In this document: piece by piece, positions 13,229 to 22,836 of the stretch | How the letters are laid out: each line of letters begins with the position of its first letter | How positions within the stretch are numbered: the stretch's first letter is position 1 | Source: Selaginella moellendorffii | Taxonomy: Eukaryota; Plantae; Lycopodiophyta | DNA: 64,000 bases | NCBI RefSeq assembly: GCF_000143415.4 | Contig: NW_003314370.1 | Span: forward strand, 427,517-491,516 | Direction: 5' to 3' | Translations under genes and position numbers: made by a program | Notes under the pieces: generated by a model | What the model saw: only the letters and a program-made list of their open reading frames with translations | What the model was told of the DNA's origin: nothing | Database searches by the model: none

Positions 13229-15333
13229 TTACGTGCCTGTCGAGATCATTTCAAACTCCTTTTGAAGGAGTTCACGGTCGTGGATCGCCTTGATGTTGCT
13301 CATGGGCGTCGCTCCAGCCGGCCAGGCAATCTTAGAGCTCAAGTTCAGTGGGTAGTGAACCATCTCATCCTGTCCTGCCCAATCGAAATCGAGGAAACAA
13401 GGCTGCCCCGTTTGGATGTTGTACATGATGTTGTTTAACCTCATATCACCGTGCACCATCGTAGGTTGCAAAGCTTGTAGCTGCAGTAGTGCCTGCCAAA
13501 CTCCATCCTGCATGGTCTTCCAAGTATCAGACGTCGTCTCCTCCATGCCACGGAGCTCCAACAGCGATCGCCATCCATCTGCTGCTGTGAGGCAGTCCAT
13601 AACCACCATTTTCCAACCGCCTGGGAGTTGCTCAATCGTATGGTGCGGTGCATATCCAGCTTGCTCCCACTGCGCATGCGCATCCTCCCCATACTGCCTG
13701 ACAAACTTCACCACCCTTCGCTGTCCACTGCCAGTCGTAACCATGTAAACAAGAGTGTTTTTTATCTGATGGATCGCAGCAGCATCTGGATACTTTTCTC
13801 GAAGGGCATACGGCCAGTGCAGGGTATCTACTCGAACAGGCACTCCAGTTAGTGTAAGAGCGCTAGTGTACACCTTCACGAGTTCTTCCAAAGCTTGTCG
13901 AGTCGCATGAAGAAACCGCATCAACTGCAACGAAAACGAGCACTGAATGTAAGCTTCCATCCAGTATCAAACTTACCTTGAACAGGTGAGCATCATCCTC
14001 GAAATCAAGCAGGGATAGAAAGTCGGTCAAGGGTTGATAAATGGCCTTGTCGTGATATATGGCCCCGCCAACGCGAATGTTGGGGCCAACAAGCTCGACA
14101 ATCAGCTCTGGACACCCCGTGTAGTGGTGCCGACTAACAACAACGCTCTCTGCAGCATCAGTCCCATAATAAAAGAGGGCCTCCAAGAGCGGCTCGCCAT
14201 TGAAACCCATCTCCGGTTTCACCTCGCAGGTGAGAAGAACCACCAGTATACCCAGTATCCTGGCTTTCACCTGTACATCAGGAGTCCTCCTCACGCTGCT
14301 GTCATCCCGAGATCGCTTCCCGATCTTTAACTTTACTGCATCCCGGTTAGCAACCACCACGTACTTATCGTCGTCCAGGTACGATTCGAGGAACTTCGCG
14401 AATTCTTGCCGCCGAAGTGCTTCCGTCCGATAAAACTTCTTCATACGGTCACGAAGGTCACGCGCTGCAGCCAGAAGTCCTGCCTCAAGGGGCGCCTTGG
14501 AGTTGAAAGTGTCGATGAAGGTTCCGAATGCTCTGGCTCCGAGTGCAATCGGCATACCACCTTCCGCTCTCATATCCTTGAAAAGCTTGCTGTCCAGAGT
14601 TCTTTCAATCCCCTCCAGCGTGGCAACTTCGGCGCTCGGGCTTGATACACTACAGACTGCTTTGAATTTGTCAGGAATAACGGCCAGGCCGGCTGCATGC
14701 AAACCATGGGAGTTGTTTAGTTTCCTATGATAAAAGAACGAAAAGAAAAAAGAAATAAATAGCTTACGAGTCGTAGCAGGCGAGCCTTCAACAGTAAACG
14801 CAGTATCTCGCGACGAGCCATCCTCGATGCCTCCAACACCTTGAACCTTCCGGACAGTGTGTAGACTCCTTCCTTTGTCCGTAAACTTTAGACGAAGGCC
14901 AGCAACACGTACAGCGCTTGAGGGGTCGAGACCGAATGTGCTACAAAGGTCTTGCAAGTCAAAAAGACCGTCCGAGAATAATCCAACTGTGTCGGTCGAA
15001 CCATCCTGGACATCACGTATGAGCACAAAAAACTTCAGAAAACAAGAGAAATACCGGTTTCTGGTGTCGAAACCAAAGATAACGGTCCTCCCTTATGATC
15101 AAGGCATTGTCTTTAGTTGTGCCATCCCCACCTTCAGTGGCCGCCCCCAAGATAGAATCTAGAGTTCTACTTGCCTTACCAGCAATCATCTCGATGGCCA
15201 CTCCTGAAACGTGGAGATTTGCATTCGGATCGAGGAGGAACTGCTTGCAAACGGCCGCTACATCGATCAAACCATCTGCACCGACCTCGAACTGTAACGC
15301 CGGGCGGTCGCTATGCTGAATCCAAACCCTCAT
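13229..15333 (-). CDS. Crinkler/CR-effector-like protein: duplicated N-terminal header + PD-(D/E)XK restriction-endonuclease-fold domain + atypical kinase; introns 14767-14693 and 13976-13925; junction near 15030-15090 unresolved
   Basis: Nuclease: TPDVQV...TCEVKPEMG...EPLLEALFYY, followed by LIVELVGPNIRVGGAIY and YQPLTD. Kinase: RRVVKFVRQYGEDAH, GYAP, WKMVVMD, HGDMRLNNIM, LDFDWAG and HYPLNL...WP. Confidence 0.82.
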
Positions 15334-15684
15334 TTGAAACCATAAAACCTCGAGAGTTCCAAACACAAGAAATGAAGGGCAAAACTTAAATCTCTTTTTC
15401 TTCTTTCTTGCCACTGGCGGCCATCACTGCTCCACCACCACCTCCACCCCAGAAAGCGAATTTCTGTCTCTTCACGTCCTTGCCCTCCAGAAGAGATCGA
15501 GCCTTTCTTCCTCCAGATTGGCGCCCACTAGAAGATGACGTACCGGAAGAGAGGAGTCCATTAATGTTGGCGCACTGTTGCATTCATAACCAAAACCCTA
15601 GGGTTTTAACAAATGCATGTGGGAGAAAATGTATATATCTAAAATAATATTAAAGAAATGTAAAGACATTTGAATAGTGAATAT

Positions 15685-16812
15685 ATCTAGAATATTTTAG
15701 AATATTCTACTACCTACTGGTTGTTATAATCTTATATTTATAATTTATAAACATGTCTATAATTTATAAATTTTCCTAAGCATTTCTTAGTATATTCTAG
15801 TTTATTCTACCATCTAATGGTTAATATTCAATAAGATTAATCTTGTACTTATAGCTTATAAATATGTTTATAATTATAAAGTTCCATTTGATTAATTAGA
15901 TTATTAAAAAATTGCTACGTGTTGCATGTAGCAATGCTTGGTTTGCTTAATAGTAATTTTTTTATTACTTATTAATCCAATTGATCAAATAAAGTTTATA
16001 ATTATAAGCATGTTTGTAATCTATAAACACAATATTAGTCTTATTGCATATCAACCATTACATGATAGAATAAAAAAGAATATAATAGAAAGGGTTTAAG
16101 AAAGTTTATAGATTATAAAAATATTTATAAATTATAAATATAAGATTAATCTAAATGAATAACAACTATTAGATGGTAGAATATCCTAGAATATCAAAGC
16201 ATATTCTAGGGATATCCATTACTATCCCACCCCCTACAGGTTTACTTAAGCAAACCAAAAATGAATAACACTACTATTAAGCAAACTAAGCATTGTTGCA
16301 CACAATGTGCAAAATTATTAATCCTTTAGATTCATCATTAATGTTAAAGTCTCCCACTATTATTTGGTTTGCTTAAGCAAACCTATAGGAGGACTGGGAT
16401 GGTAGTGAATNNNNNNNNNNNNNNNNNNNNNNNNNNNNNNNNNNNNNNNNNNNNNNNNNNNNNNNNNNNNNNNNNNNNNNNNNNNNNNNNNNNNNNNNNN
16501 NNNNNNNNNNATATGCTTGAATATTCTAGGATATTCTACCATCTAACGGTTGTTATTCATTTAGATTAATCTTGTATTTATAATTTATAAACATGTTTAT
16601 AATTTATAAACTTTCTTAAACCTTTTCTAGTATATTCTTTTTTATTCTACCATCTAACGGTTGATATGCAATAAAATTAATCTTGTATATATAAATTACA
16701 AACATGCTTATAATTATAAACTTGATTTGATCAATTGGATTAATAAGTAATAATAACACTAGTATTAAGCAAACCAAGCGTTGCTACATGCAACGCGTAG
16801 CAATTTTTTTTA
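15685..16812. mobile_element. Cluster of non-autonomous Helentron/HINE (DINE-1-like) elements: copy A (+, about 15685-15905, 3' end at about 16265-16320), copy B (-, about 15910-16258, nested in A), copy C (+, about 16363-16812)
   Basis: Shared core of about 350-450 bp. Copy C has a 5' subterminal repeat TTGGTTTGCTTAA (16364-16376) overlapping the palindrome GGTTTGCTTAAGCAAACC, a 3' inverted copy TTAAGCAAACCAA (16765-16777), a 3' stem-loop TTGCTAC...GTAGCAA (16781-16803) and a T run. Confidence 0.75.
16411..16510. other. Assembly gap (100 N)
   Basis: Run of N. Confidence 1.
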
Positions 16813-17444
16813 GAATATTCTTAATTATAGATTTTATGTGTTTTAATAATCAATATTTCAAATTATTCTATATCATCCAATAGCTATCTCTAGACCTTAC
16901 TATCATCCCCTTCTCTCAGAAGGATGAAAGATAATTAGGGTGTTCTTGTTGATAGGTTGGAATTTGGAAGAATATTGGATAAATATCGTGCCAAAATTTA
17001 TAAATTTGCAATTTTTGTTGCAATACTCAATACTGTCTCTTTCAATAGGCAAGAAGCCCCTTAGACAAATTACGTATTATAATATCAAGAAAATAAACCA
17101 ATACTAAATCATTTATTTTATACTCTATAAATGGTCAATGATACAAGCTGTAACACCATTGTTATCCCATTTATATATGGCTAAGTATTCAACAAATTTG
17201 ACTCAAATCAATAAAAAATGCTTATAAGATATTAATCCCTAAACCTATCATTGATAGTTAAGGTAAACCCAACTCCATTGGCAATATTGGATCATAACTA
17301 TATAAAAGTTTATATAATGAAACACCAAAACCTTATGATATATGTATATTTTTTAGTCACATAAATGTTCTATATGCCTACCTAGAATAAAAGAGTCGTA
17401 GTAAGCATAAAGAAACTAATGCATAACATGAAATATCAAACACA

Positions 17445-17672
17445 ACAACCATTAATAGCATTATATTCTCATCTAGAAAATCTATTGATGCTAAAATAAC
17501 AACCACTAATGGCACCATATTCTCGTTTAGAAAATCCATTGATGCTAGAATAACAAGTTTATCAGAAATACAAGAAGATCTACTAATGCTAGAATAACAA
17601 CCACTAATAGCACCATATTCTCATCTAAAAAATCCACTGATGCTAAAATAACAAGTTTGCCAAAAATACAAG
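17445..17672. repeat. About 54-bp tandem repeat (3 or more copies)
   Basis: The unit acaaccactaatagcaccatattctcatctagaaaatccattgatgctaaaata is repeated with variation. Confidence 0.8.
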
Positions 17673-17721
17673 AAAAGAGTAAAAAAAGGAAGAAATCAAC
17701 CATAAAACTCCTCAAGCAATG

Positions 17722-17889
17722 TGTAAACTTATGAATTTGAACTCCCTAGGAGGTCATTCAAAGATATTCCAAATATCCCATGACCCTTAATTAATTAGAA
17801 AAAGGAGTGCACTATTGTTTATAAGCTTTTTTTCTTTATATTTAAACTCTATAGATTGTCTCTTGAGTCATTTTCTTTAGTTACTTACA
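17722..17889 (-). mobile_element. Solo LTR of the Cassandra-like TRIM
   Basis: Reverse complement of the LTR at 47549-47743, with part of the 5S segment deleted. TG...CA ends. Flanked by CAATG/TAATG, a 5-bp TSD with one mismatch. Confidence 0.8.
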
Positions 17890-20854
17890 TAATGAATAAC
17901 TTCAAAATTATATATTTAAAGCTTCAAAACTTATCAAATAATACGACCAATTAAGTTCTCTAACTTCAATAATGAAGTGACCGCAATATAATCACCCTCT
18001 AGCAATATCAAAGAACCATGTAAATATGCATGAAACTTTTTAAAGATACTTTCTTTGTCGTGGAGTAGTTCACCTCTATTAGTTATAATATAGTTAATGT
18101 ATGCAATAGAATGATGTTAACCAAACAAACTTATGCTATCTTGCATTAACACACTTTCAAGACTAACATTAAAAGTATCTATATGTAAGTGTAGTCATGA
18201 TATGCCAATTCTAAAGGAGTTACTAACACTTCTTTAAATGCTTATTTGCAATCCTAAGACCAAATGAAAAATAATGTTGATAGCTTCAACAACATCAAAA
18301 TGGTGCAAGTATAATTAGAAAGATGATCAAAAAAACTTTTAAAGTATTGAACCTTATTGAGCAAGTGTTGCACATTGTAGTAGCAAACTTTAAATAACCA
18401 CAAATTTGTCAAGATTAATTTGTAAGCCTTCACAAGAAATGCAATACTCAAGATAAGTCATGTATTTGGATCCAAACACACACTTTGATCATTTCAACTT
18501 TAAACTACCTTCCTATAAACGATCTAACACTTTATGGATATCATAGATATGCTCCTCCGATATCCCCTTCAAGAGGATTAAAATATCATTGATAAAGTCA
18601 ATAGCCACTTTTGATATATTATGAAAAAACCTCATTTATCATCCATTAGAAAGTTGTTAAAGAATTGTTCAAATCGAATAGCATTACTAAAAATTTGTAT
18701 AAATCAAATGGTATATAAAAAATAATTTTGGGAACATCCTCCCCTATCATTAACACCCAAAAGCAAAATTTAACTTGTTGAATCAATAATTTCTCCTTAA
18801 ACAATTCAGAAGATCAATAGTATGAGGAAGAGGATACATATTTGAGATAGTCACATCGTTTACTAAAAAATAGTTGATGTAAAATTAAATACTTTTATTA
18901 AACTTTATCACATTACAAAATGAAGTTCATATACTCAAGGACTTCATTACTTTCAGATAACACATTTATCTAACATCTCTTTGACATTTGTATATAAGAT
19001 CTTGATCTTCTTTAATGACTAATGCTAAACATAAGTCTTGATTAGACAATCATTCCTAATTGTAATAGGATGATATATACAATCTTAGCCTCAAAAGATA
19101 ATTCAAAATTGAAGAGATCACCATATTCCTTCTTAAGTTGGTCAATTGCCTTAACATAAAAACCATTTAAGTGATCTAAAAAGGGAATAGAAGAACAAGA
19201 AAAAAACATAGAAAAAAGTAATAGAGAGATAGCAATGATGGGAATAGAGGTAAAAATAAAAACATGAAGTAGAGAAATGAAAGAAATATGAAAGAGTATA
19301 ATATAAGGGGGAGAAATCTCAAAATCACACTTGGTATGATTGTGCTAATGCAATTGTAAAAGTTAATATGTGGTAACAAATAGAGCAATAAAAGATAGAT
19401 TTTTGAACATGTACTGACTAATATAAAGAAGATAATAAATGACTTCTTATTATAAAAAAAAACTTACTTATGTGGCTCCATATCATCACAGTAGCACTTA
19501 TAGAAAATTATTGATGCTAAAGCCTCCATTTAGGAAATAAAATATGTTAATCTAGGAAACACTTATAACATTGATATATGATCAATCACATCACATGCCC
19601 AGTATAAAATATCATGGCTACAACCATGTCTTAGCTTTTATCCTTAAACATGGGCAATAATAACATTAATTTCTATAGAAACAAAAGTATCTTTCACAAG
19701 AAGTAGAGTTAAAACATGTATAACTACAAGTGGGAAAGTGATATCTCATAGTGTTGTACAAGTTATAGAGCAAGTTCTTGACAAAGTGTTTGCCCAACTT
19801 GATGCATTCTAACATATTAAGCAAGAAACTTAGAAAATGAACATTGAATTGCATAAACTCAAATAACCTTTAATTTAGATGATGCAATTGTTAAAAAGTA
19901 TCATCATAGTCATTAGTATGTCCAAATACATGAAGGAAGTCATGAGTTAAGTTCATGCTACTAAACTTCATAAACTTAATCCCCTTTTGGCTTCTAGAAA
20001 ACGTGAGGCAATCCAAAGGCAGGAAAAATCTTTTGCTTCTCTCAGAAACTAGTTGGTTTAAACCTGCTGCCTTGCCATAGACATATGAGTTGTCTTCACC
20101 TAGCATCTGTTGGTAGCCGTAGCAAGCAACACAGCAGTGGAGTCCCTTGGACGCCACTGCCACGGCAAACATTCCTGGAAATTCTGTCAAAAAAGTGAAT
20201 GGCAAAGACGCAGTACATAGAAGATGGCTAGAATATACTAATGCTTTGCAGTGGCAACACAATCAGTTCTTCCATGCATTGGTGGAAGTCCTAGAATGTG
20301 AGCGTCTTGTATGTTCTACTATGTATAATATGATGTTCTCCTGTCTTCCAGGCCGTAGCCCTGGTCAAAATATCCTCATCAATGAACCGCCTTAATTCGA
20401 GCTTTTCTAAAGCCTGTGATCACTATAATCAAATTTAACACCTCAAAGACAAGAACCCTCCACACAACACCCTCTTAGGCAAAGATGAGCAACAGGAATG
20501 GAGATGATGGAGGAAGCCTTGGCTTCACCAAAGTCTGTGCCGGCTCTTGCTGCTGATGCCTGAGTCTTGCTCTCCTCTCCAACTTTTGACAAGTTACTGT
20601 TCATAAGCAAATGTTGGGCGGCCTGCAGGCTGTTTGTGGAGGTGCTTTGTGGAGCTTCCCGTTCGTTGTGGACCTCTGCCTTTGCTTACTGTGAAGTTTG
20701 GCGATGCACTATTCCACGCTAGAAAACTTCTACAAACTGCTGGGGAATATCATGAATATCTAATCTTTTTGAGTGGATCAGAAGTAAGACAGCAAAGGAA
20801 AAAAAAAAAAAACAACAAAGCACAAAAAGAACAAAGCTGGAGAACCTCGTCAGC

Positions 20855-22459
20855 TTACTCCTGCAAGACATAATAAGTACCTAATAGCAGTAAAGCTCAA
20901 ACAAACCTCTGTATCTGTATCCTCTGTATCCTCTGTCTCCTCTGTCTCCTCTAGATTCACACCAGCCTCGGCAGAATCGACCACGTCTGCAAGCCAGAGT
21001 TCCCAATCCGCTGTGGCAGTACCCCTCGTGTCTCGTGAGCGCGTCGCTTTCATGGACGCCATCTCCTGTAACACAAGCTCACACTCGCGAAGAGCAATAG
21101 TATCGTTGTCCATGGCCACCTTAGAACAAGCTGGACCCACCAGGCACTCCTCAAAGCCGACTATGGTGACTCTCTTGTCGTGCGGCCAAACAAGTATGTT
21201 CTCGACGCAAAGGTCACCCATGGCCACTCCACGAGCATGAAAGCGCTCAAGAGCCTGTCGTGCTCGAGACACGACGGCCTCTACCTCGTCCTGATCGACC
21301 GGCGACCACCCCTCTCCTGCCGAGTAGCCAGCATCCGACATCACCACACAGAAGAACATCCCGCCGCACAAGAACCCATACTCAAACAAGCAAGGGATAC
21401 AAGTTCGCTGCAGCTTATGCAGCCGAATGTACGTATCCACCTCCCTCACACACTTCATCAAACAGTCTTGGACACTTGTAACACCTGCAAAAGCCAATCA
21501 CAATTTGGTGAAACCTCTATGCTGGTAGAAATAAGCTTTTAACCTGTGGTCAAGTCCGTGATCTTCACGACGACGTTTTTGCCCTTGTACAGAGCACGGT
21601 AAACAGCGGAAATCCTTCCCGTGACGCCGGACAAAAACTCTAGAATCTGAAGTTCCCGAGCCTCCAAGCTGCCCACTTCGTGGACCATCTTGGCAATGCG
21701 ATGCACCCCTGCGACATGGCAGCACGTCTCAAAGACACCCATCGCAAAGCGCGACGCAAAGCCTCGTGGAGAAGGTAGTGGCCTGGTACTCTGCTGCAAA
21801 CTGTGTCCAGTAGCCATGTGAATCAGAAACCTGATGCCGATAAGCGGAAGTGGAACAGGGTCTGACAAGAGAAACCGGTTGTCCAAGCGCGCGCAAACCT
21901 TCGTCTCTGCGTAGGATGAGACGACCCCAAACGAAGAACCACTGCTCAGCATGTAAGCATAGACCCTCGCAACTGCTCCCGCGTCAATGATCCCCACCAT
22001 GACACCAACAACAAGCGGGCTATGGCCCTTGGTGCTCACCACAAGCTCCGGAGCACCTATCCAGTTCCCAATGGCATAGCTCGCCATGCCAGCAGACACA
22101 TCCTTGGGTCCCTTTACGAGTTGCAGCACCGTGTCAGCCGCCGAGAAAAGGAAACCTCTGAAATGAAGATCGATCAGCACTTCTGGCTTTGATCTCAGAG
22201 GCCTGTCTGGAAGCCCAGAGAACCAAGAATTCATATCACTGAGGAAGCTATCCCAGCAGTCCGTCTCGAAGTCCTGCGGGCAGAGATCCACCAGAGGAGG
22301 TGATGTCGACAACAGGAAACGATGATATGCGTCAACCCCAGCAGGCACAGCCCTCATAGGCTGAGCAAGGTAAGCTTTGACACTACCTCTCACGAATGGC
22401 TCCTCTTCCAAAAGCATCAACTCAGCCGCTGCGTCACTCTCCAGTTCCGATGCATCCAT
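20855..22459 (-). CDS. Second CR-effector-like protein: degenerate REase-fold domain + predicted pseudokinase + acidic tail; exons 22459-21544, 21484-20907 and a possible short terminal exon 20860-20855
   Basis: Nuclease-like scaffold GAPELVV...VVGVM...ARVYAYMLSSGSSFGVVSSYAET...LLSDPV, lacking the PD and ExK residues. Kinase elements: GVTGRISAVYRALYKGKNVVVK, REVDTYIRLHKLQRTCIP, MGDLCVENIL, and IVGFE with the DFG Asp lost. Confidence 0.75.
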
Positions 22460-22573
22460 CGATGCCACCGGTTTGGACGTTTAGGGTTACTCTAGAATAA
22501 GAATATTCTGGATTTAATTCAAAATGGATTATAATTCTTAGTAACCTTAATTAGGTAACAGGTACATGTAACA

Positions 22574-22612
22574 CGGATTCTGACTTAGAAGCGTTCAATC
22601 ATAATCCCACAC
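22574..22612 (-). other. Short LSU (25S/28S) rRNA-derived fragment
   Basis: Reverse complement GGGATTATGATTGAACGCTTCTAAGTCAGAATCCG differs at 2 positions from the conserved LSU segment GGATTATGACTGAACGCCTCTAAGTCAGAATCC. Confidence 0.75.
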
Positions 22613-22836
22613 ATCACTTTTTTAAGTATCAAGAAAATGAAGAACGAGTCTCTTCTGTGGCCCCTTCTGTCAAATGTTTAATCTAGGACATCTCAAAGCA
22701 ATCAATAAATTCATAGAATAAAGAAACCCTTTTTTCCTAGAAGAAATTACATACAAAAGTCATGGTTGAATTCACAAATCAAACTGTACGACGAGAAGAG
22801 ACACCTTCACTGTATGGGAGAAAGTAAAACTTCCAC

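Larger units (their letters stand above)
16900..19980 (-). mobile_element. Old, AT-eroded Ty3/gypsy remnant related to the 46315-50154 element
   Basis: About 19870-19920 (gatgatgcaattgttaaaaagtatcatcatagt) matches about 49330. About 19250-19360 matches the protease/linker region at about 48330-48440. No long ORFs. Left boundary is approximate. Confidence 0.6.

Noticed and set aside
17445-17672. Repeat array as CRISPR-like
   Set aside because: Eukaryotic context, degenerate tandem units without unique spacers, and no cas genes.
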